64,000 nt of DNA from an uncultured Methanobacteriaceae archaeon (lineage in GTDB: Archaea > Methanobacteriota > Methanobacteria > Methanobacteriales > Methanobacteriaceae), in contig CAVTDF010000003.1 of NCBI GenBank assembly GCA_963733445.1, positions 470,592-534,591 of the forward strand. The letters are read 5' to 3'. Below the pieces are notes generated by a model. It was not told the origin of the DNA. It saw only the letters and a list, made by a program, of their open reading frames with translations, and ran no database searches. Shown here in pieces: positions 47,489-56,247 of the stretch (within the stretch, counting starts at the first letter, position 1; each line of letters opens with the position of its first letter). A program made the translations under genes and the position numbers.

Positions 47489-48157
47489 TTAATCAAGTAC
47501 CTCATATTCTACTATAAGATCTTCTCCTATCATATAACTTTTTTTTAGTCTTAGCTTAACAGCATCCTTCATGTTGTCAATTCCTTCACCGTCTGCGAGT
47601 GTTTTAGCCTCCCTTCCCCCAACTATCATAGGAGCTATACAAATACGCATTTCAGATACCAGACCGTCAATTAACATAGAGTAGTTCAATGTTGAACCGC
47701 CTTCGAGCATCAGGGTTTTAACCCCTTTTGAAGCTAGTTTTTCCATCAAAGCTTTAAGATCTACACGCTCTTTACCACATATCAATACTTCTGCTCTTTC
47801 ATTTAAATCTTTGATTCTTGCAGAACTGGCATGCTCAGCAACAACAATCAATGTAGGGGCATCAGAATTTAAAATACGTGAAGAAGTAGGTGTTCTTGCT
47901 CTGCTGTCTACTACTATCCTTAATGGATTATCTTGATTGTCAGCAGGAATTTTATGTACGGTAAGTTTGGGATCATCGCTTATAACAGTGTTAATCCCGA
48001 CCATTATTGCATCTACATCCCTTCGAAGTTCATGAACCCTCAAAAGGTCTTCTTTACCAGAAATTTTAGAACTACCAGTCTTAGTGGCAATTTTTCCATC
48101 AAGGGTCATTGCAGAGTTCAATATCACATATGGTCTTCTATTATTGCTTGATAACAT
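47489..48157 (-). CDS. arfC: 2,5-diamino-6-ribosylamino-pyrimidinone 5'-phosphate reductase (RibD C-terminal family)
   Basis: AMTLDGKIA, DAIMVG.NTV..DDP.LT, LEGG.TLN. Confidence 0.9.
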   Translation of the reverse strand: MLSSNNRRPYVILNSAMTLDGKIATKTGSSKISGKEDLLRVHELRRDVDAIMVGINTVISDDPKLTVHKIPADNQDNPLRIVVDSRARTPTSSRILNSDAPTLIVVAEHASSARIKDLNERAEVLICGKERVDLKALMEKLASKGVKTLMLEGGSTLNYSMLIDGLVSEMRICIAPMIVGGREAKTLADGEGIDNMKDAVKLRLKKSYMIGEDLIVEYEVLD

Positions 48158-48540
48158 TTGATCACAAACTATGTTTATCTAAATATTGAGTTTATATCAA
48201 AAATTCAAACTTTCATCAAGAATTTTTAAATATATATTTTAATATTCTTATTTAAGTGAATGGTGATGTATTTATTAATATAATATTACTATTTCGAGTT
48301 ATATCTTATCATTGTTGCTCAAATTCACAAAAAAAAATTAAAATTTTAATTATATGTGATATTTTACATTAATACAGAAAAAAATAAATTAATTTCAATT
48401 TTATAACGCATTGATTACTTTGGGTTGAAGTTGAAGTATGAAATTACATAGATAAAATTATAAAAGTTATTAAAGGAACCGATTGGAAGCAATGAATCGG
48501 AAAAAACTTCATAGCTAAACCAAAAGGATGTGTAAGAACG

Positions 48541-48930
48541 ATAAACTCAAACATTTTAATTGTAGAAGATGAAATCATAATTGCCATTGATTTAAAAATA
48601 CGATTGGAAAATTTGGGATACTACGTACTTGGTATTGCAGTTAATGGTAAAGATGCAATAAAAAAAACTGGAGAAAAAAATCCTGATCTGGTTTTAATGG
48701 ATATACTCCTAAATGGAGAGATTGATGGAATCGAAACAGCTCAACAAATACGTAAACTCTATGATATCCCATTCATATATCTAACAGGTAGCTATGACAA
48801 CTCAATCTTAGAACGGGCAAAAATAACAGATCCATCTGGTTTCATAACAAAACCATTTGATAACAATGAAATACAAAATGCCATTGAAATGGTAAACATT
48901 ACAAAAACAAAAACAAAAAATTTTGGTTGA
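48541..48930 (+). CDS. Stand-alone response regulator receiver protein; start non-canonical or lost
   Basis: ILIVEDE (48553-), LMDI phospho-Asp, YLT, TKPF; first TTG lies 17 codons downstream of the ILIVEDE start. Confidence 0.75.
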   Translation: MNSNILIVEDEIIIAIDLKIRLENLGYYVLGIAVNGKDAIKKTGEKNPDLVLMDILLNGEIDGIETAQQIRKLYDIPFIYLTGSYDNSILERAKITDPSGFITKPFDNNEIQNAIEMVNITKTKTKNFG

Positions 48931-49527
48931 TCCTAATATTAAGTTTCATCATCCTAAGTTTTTAGGTATAAACCTATAGAATCTGGTTTCTATAGGTAAT
49001 ATTACTTCAATGAGAATGATCTTTTTATGAACATTTTTATTAATAGTTACCCGTATTTAAATACTCTTTTTTGAGATAATTGAAATTAAGTATGTATTTA
49101 AACTGATTCTGATGATTATCATTAAAAAATACTATTTCTTTATTTATTGTTGATCTTAGAGCTAAAATAATGTAATTTAGCTAAAATTCATCGCTGATAT
49201 ATATTTATCCAAAATAATAATTTTATAATGGCAAACACCAACAATTATGTATATACCGCTTATCGGTGTTCGCGATCTAATTACAATCAGTTTTATTAAT
49301 ATTTTAAGAAATGGATTATTTATTAACCACAAATCTGAAAAATTATTATAATTTAAAGGTTATAACAGCGAAATTCTGTCTAAAATTTAATATATATAAG
49401 TAAATAATTGGATTAAACTTATTTTTATTCAATTATCAGAAAATCTCATAAATATATTAGAAAATAAAAATATGGGTATTTAAGATGTTAAATAAGAAAA
49501 ATCTCAAATTAGATTATGGAGGAAAAT

Positions 49528-49563
49528 ATGCCACTTGTTAAGATAGATTACATAAATTATTAA
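49528..49563 (+). pseudogene. 11-codon relic of a tautomerase gene (MPLVKIDYINY*)
   Basis: GGAGG RBS 49518-22; ATGCCACTTGTTAAGATAGA nearly matches ATGCCAATTGTTAAGATAGA at 62159. Confidence 0.55.
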
Positions 49564-49601
49564 TCTTAAGGCCGATTTTTGCTCATAACGTAACATATTT
49601 T
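49540..49601 (+). repeat. Dispersed repeat D, copy 1 (partner 60756-60820)
   Basis: 32 nt identical (AAGATAGATTACATAAATTATTAATCTTAAGG) then about 30 nt degenerate match. Confidence 0.9.
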
Positions 49602-49638
49602 AATTATAAAATATTATTCAAATATTAGTTGAGTTTGA

Positions 49639-49690
49639 AGGCAAAATACTATTTCAAAGTCAATAGTATTCGGTCACAAACTTTTCTATT
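49639..49690 (+). repeat. Dispersed repeat A, copy 1 (partner 57649-57723), with palindrome AATACTATT-N8-AATAGTATT
   Basis: AGGCAAAATACTATTTCAAAGTCAATAGTATTC vs AGGCAAATACTATTTCAAGTCAATAGTTTTC, plus second block GGTCA..AACT.TTCTATT. Confidence 0.8.
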
Positions 49691-49894
49691 AAAACTAATA
49701 TGGGGTTCAATTTTGCTTTTGTTTTAGACATCCATAACTATCAATTATTTTTATTTGAGTTTAGTATTGTATTCAAGAACCCCAGAGAAGAAATTCAATA
49801 TTTGTAAATAATATTTAAAATATAGAATAATACAAAAAGGTTAAAATAGGTGCATTAAGTGTTAGTAATACATTATTAATGTATGGAGGTTTTA

Positions 49895-50566
49895 ATGTCT
49901 AATGGAAATCAGCCCAATATAGGAGAGGATTATATCCGTTTTCACAAAGTTATGACCCGTGGTCTTGCTGTGTCCCTTCAGAATATTAATGAGTTTTTGC
50001 AGATTGGAGCTCTAGAAAAATTAAATCGCGAAGGTTTCCTTAAATATGTTCAGAGTTTTTCATCAGTCTTACATGGACATCATCAGGCTGAAGATGAGAA
50101 GATATTTCCTTACTTCAAAGACAAATTACCTGAAGTACCATATGAACGATTAATATCAGAACACGAAATATTTAATGACGGATTGCAGGAAATAAACACT
50201 GGAATTGACCATTTAAAGTGTGAAAACGACGAATTGGACTCATTAAAACTACTAAAATCAGGTTTCGATAAGATAGATCAGATATGGTATCCCCATATAC
50301 AGATTGAGAATACCCAATTATATGAAAGAATACTAAGTTTGAACATTGATTTGGAAGAGATGATCAGATTACAAACAGAGGATAAAAAGTTCTTTCAAGA
50401 ACACACTGGTCCCGCGTACTTGGTGATGCCCTTCGTATTATATAACTTATCTCCCGAAGATCGAGCAATATTAACTCAAGGATCTCCTGAGATTGTAGCA
50501 AAACAACTCTTATCTATTGATTGGAAAGATAAATGGACACCAATGCGACCATTCTTACTTAAATAA
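49895..50566 (+). CDS. Hemerythrin/HHE cation-binding domain protein
   Basis: FH, HGHHQAED, SEHE, PHI..EN; GGAGG RBS favours ATG 49895. Confidence 0.8.
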   Translation: MSNGNQPNIGEDYIRFHKVMTRGLAVSLQNINEFLQIGALEKLNREGFLKYVQSFSSVLHGHHQAEDEKIFPYFKDKLPEVPYERLISEHEIFNDGLQEINTGIDHLKCENDELDSLKLLKSGFDKIDQIWYPHIQIENTQLYERILSLNIDLEEMIRLQTEDKKFFQEHTGPAYLVMPFVLYNLSPEDRAILTQGSPEIVAKQLLSIDWKDKWTPMRPFLLK

Positions 50567-50659
50567 TACAAATGAAATATATCACTTCTAAATTTTGGAT
50601 ATTCTAAATTTTTTATAAGCATATAATCATTTAAGAAGTAAAAAAGATGGGAGTTTATA

Positions 50660-50935
50660 ATGAGAAAACTGCTTTGGTGGATATTTGCAGGTACTGCTGG
50701 AGGACCCAATCGTGCGAGGATTATCATGGCATTGAAAAAAAGACCATATAATGCCAATCAACTAGCTGTAAAACTTGAACTTAATTATAAAACAGTACGA
50801 CACCATCTTAAAATATTAACAGAAAACAACATGATTACTTCAATTGGGAAAAATAAGTATGGAGAATCATATTCTCTTTCAATTAAAATGGAAGAAAATT
50901 ACGATATTTTCAAAGAAATATGGAAAGAATTGTGA
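50660..50935 (+). CDS. ArsR-like winged-helix regulator (archaeal type)
   Basis: [35 protein letters not shown]. Confidence 0.88.
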   Translation: MRKLLWWIFAGTAGGPNRARIIMALKKRPYNANQLAVKLELNYKTVRHHLKILTENNMITSIGKNKYGESYSLSIKMEENYDIFKEIWKEL

Positions 50936-50939
50936 AATA

Positions 50940-50959
50940 ATTTAGTATTTATACTAAAT
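50940..50959. promoter_or_regulatory. Palindrome ATTTAGTAT-TT-ATACTAAAT, candidate operator
   Basis: Perfect 9-bp arms directly after the regulator stop codon. Confidence 0.4.
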
Positions 50960-50991
50960 ATTGATATCTAAATTGTAGAGGGGATAAAAAA

Positions 50992-51333
50992 ATGGTAGCA
51001 GAACAGGTAGGGATAATAATAATGATATTTATTTTTGTTGCAATTGCAGTTGGTATAGCAAATGTTAGTTTGTTATTGGGATTGCTTCATATCTACTGGA
51101 AAACCTATAAAGAAGTAAAATCACAATTCACGATAGGTCTTTTGTATTTTGCATCGATTCTTCTTATCCAAAACATCTTAGTTACAATAGCCCTAGCAAT
51201 CCCTTTAATAATCCCTGTAATACCTTTCCCCATACCTCAATCTGATTTTACTAGGCCTCATTTTCAATTGTTTTTTATTAACATAATTCAGTTAGTAGCA
51301 CTTACAATTCTCTACAAGATCACCAGGGAATAA
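50992..51333 (+). CDS. Membrane protein (3 TM)
   Basis: Three hydrophobic segments; ..QFTIGLL.F motif; between wHTH and ABC genes. Confidence 0.75.
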   Translation: MVAEQVGIIIMIFIFVAIAVGIANVSLLLGLLHIYWKTYKEVKSQFTIGLLYFASILLIQNILVTIALAIPLIIPVIPFPIPQSDFTRPHFQLFFINIIQLVALTILYKITRE

Positions 51334-51415
51334 AGATACGATTGAGAGATTTGGGTCTAATTTGTGTGTAAATTGTGCATAATGATTATAGTAGCTTCTG
51401 AAAGAAAAAGTTACT

Positions 51416-52576
51416 ATGTCATTTTTATCATTGGTAGTGAAAAATCCATTCAGAAACAAAACTAGAAGCTCCCTCGCAATTGTAGGAATAGCAATAGGGA
51501 TAATGGTCATTGTAGCATTGGGAATGGTAACAGGGGGCCTTAAGAACTCAACGCAGAGTACACTTAAGGCAGGTGCAGCTGAAGTAACAGTTATTCAAGC
51601 AGGTTCAAACGGTTTCGGATCAAGTGGAAGTATAAACGATTCTTATGTGGCAGATTTACTCAATATAAGTGGTGTGAAAGATACTGCAGGCACATTGAGG
51701 GCTAGTAACACATCAACAGGTATTACTAGTTCCAACAGTTCTCAAGCCGGTTTTGGAGGTGAAGGCATTACAATAACTGGTATTGACTCAAATAAATTGA
51801 GTCTAGCAGGTGTTGACAGTGTCAACGGAACAGCTTTTACAAACAGCAGCACAAATGAAGTTATTATAGGAAAAACTGAAGCTCAAAGTCTTAACAAAAC
51901 AGTTGGAGATACAATTAATCTATATGGTAAAGATTTCAAAATCACAGGGACTTTTGAAACAGGCAATTTCATGACAGACAATGGAATAATGATGCCACTT
52001 TCAACATTACAAAATCTCACTAGCAATGATGGAAAGGTAAGTGACATACTTGTGAAAGTTACTGATAATGCAAACGTAACATCAGTTAGCCAATCTATAG
52101 AAAATGCTTATCCTAACCAGCTTTCTACAACTACTGCTGCCTCATCAGCAGATAGAATAAACCAAGGGTTAAGTTTTATAGACACAGCGAGTTGGGCAAT
52201 TTCTCTTTTGGCAATATTCATTGGAGCGGTTGGAGTTATAAACACAATGATAATGACTGTTTATGAAAGAACAAGGGAAATAGGAGTTCTTAAAGCTGTT
52301 GGATGGAAAGACAGAAGAATACTCGGAATGATACTCGGAGAATCAATTGTACTCACACTCATAGCATTTGTAGTTGGTACAGTGATAGCCATAGTAGGAG
52401 TGGAAGTTCTTTTAACCCTAGTACCCTCTGTTGGTGGAATTATAAAACCTTCCTTTGCAATCGACATATTCCTAAGGGCATTTGCAGTTGCATTCATAGT
52501 AGGGGTTATAGGTGGTTTGTATCCAGCATACAGAGCAAGTAGACTATCACCAACGGAGGCATTACGCTATGAATAA
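51416..52576 (+). CDS. ABC permease, MacB/FtsX family
   Basis: RNKTRS.L...GIAIG, periplasmic domain, ERTREIGVLKAVGW, PAYRASRL.P.EALRYE. Confidence 0.92.
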   Translation: MSFLSLVVKNPFRNKTRSSLAIVGIAIGIMVIVALGMVTGGLKNSTQSTLKAGAAEVTVIQAGSNGFGSSGSINDSYVADLLNISGVKDTAGTLRASNTSTGITSSNSSQAGFGGEGITITGIDSNKLSLAGVDSVNGTAFTNSSTNEVIIGKTEAQSLNKTVGDTINLYGKDFKITGTFETGNFMTDNGIMMPLSTLQNLTSNDGKVSDILVKVTDNANVTSVSQSIENAYPNQLSTTTAASSADRINQGLSFIDTASWAISLLAIFIGAVGVINTMIMTVYERTREIGVLKAVGWKDRRILGMILGESIVLTLIAFVVGTVIAIVGVEVLLTLVPSVGGIIKPSFAIDIFLRAFAVAFIVGVIGGLYPAYRASRLSPTEALRYE

Positions 52577-53255
52577 ACAGGAAAACATCATTGAGATCAA
52601 AGGACTAAAAAAAAGCTATGATAATGGGAAAATAAAAGCTCTAAACGGCATGGACCTAAAAGTGAAAAAGGGAGAATTCATATCCATAATGGGACCTTCA
52701 GGATCTGGAAAATCAACACTACTCAACATGATAGGTGCACTTGACACAGCAGATGAAGGTACCATAGAAGTGGCAGATATCGACTTGATGAAGACCAAAA
52801 ATCTCAACGAATTTCGGTCTAAGGAGATCGGATTTGTTTTCCAGATGCACAACTTAATACCTAATCTTAACGTACTAGAAAACGTTCAGATACCCATGTT
52901 CGAAACCAAAGCATCTTCAAATGAAATGAATGAAAGAGCCTTGGAACTTTTAAAATCTGTTAATATGGAGGACAAGATTAACCAGAAACCAACAAAACTA
53001 TCCGGAGGGGAAAGACAAAGAGTGGCAATTGCCAGAGCACTGGTAAACCATCCATCCATCATATTAGCAGACGAACCCACTGGAGCTTTAGATTCTAAAA
53101 CAGGAGAGGTCATACTTAATCTTTTGAAGGATTTGCATAGTCAAGAGAACGTTACATTGGTTATGGTTACACATGAACCCTACGTAGGAAACATGGCAGA
53201 AAGAATCGTAACAGTACTCGATGGTAAATGTCAAATAGAAACCGATATGAAGTGA
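52569..53255 (+). CDS. ABC ATP-binding protein (LolD/MacB-like)
   Basis: GPSGSGKST, LSGGERQRV, LADEPT, VTHE; start ATG 52569 overlaps permease end. Confidence 0.93.
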   Translation: MNKQENIIEIKGLKKSYDNGKIKALNGMDLKVKKGEFISIMGPSGSGKSTLLNMIGALDTADEGTIEVADIDLMKTKNLNEFRSKEIGFVFQMHNLIPNLNVLENVQIPMFETKASSNEMNERALELLKSVNMEDKINQKPTKLSGGERQRVAIARALVNHPSIILADEPTGALDSKTGEVILNLLKDLHSQENVTLVMVTHEPYVGNMAERIVTVLDGKCQIETDMK

Positions 53256-53410
53256 AATCTATAGCCACAGATACGCATAAGCAGTATATTGTTATCAATA
53301 ATTTCAAATATGGAAGTATGGCGAAGTAGCATGTAATAGATATGTTTATTTATAACTACGATGAAAAAAGATTATATAATATATTCTATATAGATATCTG
53401 ATGGGGTATT

Positions 53411-53578
53411 ATGATTACTAATGAATCTAAGATAAAGCAATTGAACTTAAAGCTTACAGAAAACCAACTCGATCAATTGGAACAGCTCTCAAATGCAATG
53501 GGTAATGTTAGTAAATCCAACCTGATTAGAATAGCAATAACTGAATATATTATGAAGTATAAAGACTTGTTGGAATGA
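53411..53578 (+). CDS. CopG/ribbon-helix-helix protein (55 aa)
   Basis: MITNESKIKQLNLKLTENQLDQLEQLSNAMGNVSKSNLIRIAITEYIMKYKDLLE*: beta strand, helix A, SKS.LIR.AI helix B; not in ORF track. Confidence 0.8.
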   Translation: MITNESKIKQLNLKLTENQLDQLEQLSNAMGNVSKSNLIRIAITEYIMKYKDLLE

Positions 53579-53655
53579 GAATTAAACTATCCAGCTTTTA
53601 TTGGATATTTTTATATATTAATCGTTTTTATTAGATTAAAATTGGTGTGTGATTT

Positions 53656-54441
53656 ATGGATTTATGGAGGATAATAGAGGATGCTGTGAGATATCCATTT
53701 TCTGATTGGAAAAAAATTTTGATATTAGGAATTCTCGCTATGATTAGTAGCTTAGGCATTGCTATGTTATTCATTGGTACGTTATTAGGTATTAAAAATG
53801 TAGTAGTAATTATTCTCCTGTTCATTATTGGATATTTTATATTTGGTTTTCTGATGGATGGTTATAATTTTAGAATTATAAAAACGTCCTTATCTGGTGT
53901 GGCAGAACTTCCGGAGTTTAACCATTGGATTGGAATGTTTATAGATGGTATCAAAGTATCCATAGTGTTTATTGTTTATATAATCCCTGCTATTGTGATT
54001 ATAGCTTTTGCGGGCTTATCTGTATTATCTACATTAGGAAGTTTAGGATCAAATCCCTCGGCCATCAATTTCTATGTAATTTTAAGTGTTTTAAGTGCCA
54101 CACTTTTGGTTCTTATTGCAATTTTATACATAATCATAATTCTCCCAATAAATTATATGGCAATAGCACATATGGCAAACAATAACAGCAAATTTAGTGC
54201 AGCTTTCAGATTTCATGACATAGTCGATAAAATAGGGAGAATCGGATGGGGAAATCTCATAATATGGTACATAGTAACTGGAACCATCTATATTATAATA
54301 ACAGCTATAGGATCAATAATAACAGCTATCTTCTCAATATTAAACCCTATTGTAGGAATAGTCTTAAGTTCATTAATTGTATCCCCATATCTCTACATGT
54401 ACATTAATAGATCAATAGCATTATTTTACCTGTCAGAATAA
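53656..54441 (+). CDS. DUF4013-like membrane protein
   Basis: II.DA.RYP.SDW, GY..RII, LPEF..W..MFIDG pattern; multiple TM. Confidence 0.8.
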   Translation: MDLWRIIEDAVRYPFSDWKKILILGILAMISSLGIAMLFIGTLLGIKNVVVIILLFIIGYFIFGFLMDGYNFRIIKTSLSGVAELPEFNHWIGMFIDGIKVSIVFIVYIIPAIVIIAFAGLSVLSTLGSLGSNPSAINFYVILSVLSATLLVLIAILYIIIILPINYMAIAHMANNNSKFSAAFRFHDIVDKIGRIGWGNLIIWYIVTGTIYIIITAIGSIITAIFSILNPIVGIVLSSLIVSPYLYMYINRSIALFYLSE

Positions 54442-54468
54442 AAAAAATTCATTTATAACTAATATTCT

Positions 54469-54605
54469 TTACTTTTCATGCTTTTTAGCATTCTTAGGAG
54501 CTGTAGGTTTCTCATTCATCCAGCTGGTTCCTTCATCTCATAAGCACCCGATTCAATACGTCTAAACTGCTCCCTAGGACTTACTTTCTTAGTTTCTTTG
54601 ACCAT
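54469..54605 (-). pseudogene. Small basic protein, probably frameshifted (29 aa as read; 45 aa if one base restored)
   Basis: AGGTGTGAT RBS; MVKETKKVSPREQFRRIESGAYEMKE then shifted frame SWMNEKPTAPKNAKKHEK*. Confidence 0.4.
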
Positions 54606-54669
54606 TATATCACACCTGTTTCATGATATGCTAGAAGACTGAATTATATTTTATAACCAATAACAATTA

Positions 54670-55266
54670 CTAACACCACAAATAATATAAAGGCAAATAA
54701 TATCCACTTGCTGCCCTAAATCCACTATTTAATAGGTTTTGAAAGAAATTCTTAAATGAAGCATCATAATAAGAAATAATGTTGTTTACAGCTGAGTTTA
54801 CTGAAGAAAGCACATTATTTGCCCAAGATGTATTTTGTTTTGATAAATTGTTTTGAGTATCGGGAGAAAACAGTGCAATAACGCTAAAAATTATTATTAG
54901 CCCAATACAACAAACACTTATAATGCTCAATGCTTTAACACCATTGGATTGTTCATTCCATTTTTCAAAGATTCCGCCTGTAGATTTTTGTTTATTATTA
55001 TTTTTAGATGGTTTATTCCATTCTATTTCTGTCAAAAGTCTTTTACAGGATTTACATAATTTGGCATCTTTTGGATTTTCTGTACCACAATGTGGACATG
55101 ATGTAGTTACTGAAATTTTTTCTATGTTCTTATCAGAGCTTTCAAGGGTTTTCAAATACTTTAATTTTCCACCACATTCACATTTGTTTATAAAATCTTT
55201 TGGTAATTCTCCTAGTTGTAATTCATAATATCCGCCGCATTCCTCACAAACTAGATATCCTCCCAT
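54670..55266 (-). CDS. Zinc-ribbon membrane protein; C-terminus possibly frameshifted
   Basis: CEECGGYY..CECGG and CPHCG..CKSC ribbons, one TM; alternate frame gives a second TM ending at 54644. Confidence 0.7.
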   Translation of the reverse strand: MGGYLVCEECGGYYELQLGELPKDFINKCECGGKLKYLKTLESSDKNIEKISVTTSCPHCGTENPKDAKLCKSCKRLLTEIEWNKPSKNNNKQKSTGGIFEKWNEQSNGVKALSIISVCCIGLIIIFSVIALFSPDTQNNLSKQNTSWANNVLSSVNSAVNNIISYYDASFKNFFQNLLNSGFRAASGYYLPLYYLWC

Positions 55267-55620
55267 TTAAACATCCCCTAATTATAAACAAATATAGAGG
55301 GGAGACCAGTTTACAATAAAAAAAAGACATGGACAAGTCATATTGAATTGTTAATTGGGTAGAAGCAAAAACTCCCCTCCAATTTGTGGTATTATCATTA
55401 ATTTAAATAAATATGATCATTTAGTTTTTGGAATCTAAAGAAAATCTTGATGTATTCATACACATTATTTAGATTTAACATCATTTTCACGAACAACCCT
55501 TAATCTCTAGGCTGATTTTTACTATATTTTAATTATAAAGTATTATTCTTATAAGTATATGACTACAACTTGTTGCGAATTGTAGATGAGGTTTAGAATT
55601 AATTTCAGATAATGGGGATG

Positions 55621-55653
55621 TTTCAGAGACACCTTAATGATTTGCTTAGTATC
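55621..55653 (+). repeat. Direct repeat C, copy 1 (partner 57562-57593)
   Basis: TTTCAGAGACACCTTAATGATTTGCTTAGTATC vs TTTCAGAGACACCTTTATGATCTGCTAGTATC. Confidence 0.85.
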
Positions 55654-55696
55654 CAACTTAAATTAGATTTATTGATTTAATTATTCTACGATTTTT

Positions 55697-55903
55697 TTAT
55701 CCGCCATGAATCATGTTTAATATTTTTATTTTGTCTTGACTGGTGAGTAATTCATTTTCCCTTACTATTTCATTGTTTTTCATGATCATGGCTTCGAATA
55801 CTGAGATATCAAGTTTTTCTAATAATTCTTTTCCAGTAATTTTTTCTACATTAATCTCTTTTTCTTCATCATTACCCATTCCATCTGTAACTATTATTTT
55901 CAT
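55697..55903 (-). CDS. MoaD/ThiS-like sulfur carrier (ubiquitin-like)
   Basis: 68 aa beta-grasp size, C-terminal IHGG. Confidence 0.85.
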   Translation of the reverse strand: MKIIVTDGMGNDEEKEINVEKITGKELLEKLDISVFEAMIMKNNEIVRENELLTSQDKIKILNMIHGG

Positions 55904-55966
55904 ACTACCACATTTGCAATTTTAAGTAACAATTGTTATAATTCCAAATAGAAAAGATGGCCAAGT

Positions 55967-56206
55967 TTACAAACCTGCCCTATCCACTATAACGTCTGCC
56001 ACTTCTTTGGCTGATTTAAATGGGAAATCATCTGCAGTTAAAACTTTTCCTGCATCTCCTGCTTTTAATTCCACATCTCCAGATTTACATGTAGTTTCTG
56101 CACCATCAGGAAATGCAGCAAGAAGTGCTTCAGGGGTTTCTATTGGGAACTTGGCTCCTGCAAGTGCTCCGACTATTTCTGCATGTATTTCTTCTTTTAC
56201 ACTCAT
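55967..56206 (-). CDS. MTH865-family protein
   Basis: MSVKEEI..A.FPI.TPE.L..AFP.G..T.C..DFP pattern; true start ATG 56206. Confidence 0.85.
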   Translation of the reverse strand: MSVKEEIHAEIVGALAGAKFPIETPEALLAAFPDGAETTCKSGDVELKAGDAGKVLTADDFPFKSAKEVADVIVDRAGL

Positions 56207-56247
56207 TTTATCTACTCTATTTATATAAATATTCAATCCCCTACATT

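Noticed and set aside
48901-48918. (ACAAAA)x3 at the end of the response regulator
   Set aside because: Low-complexity microsatellite in an A-rich tail with no evident function
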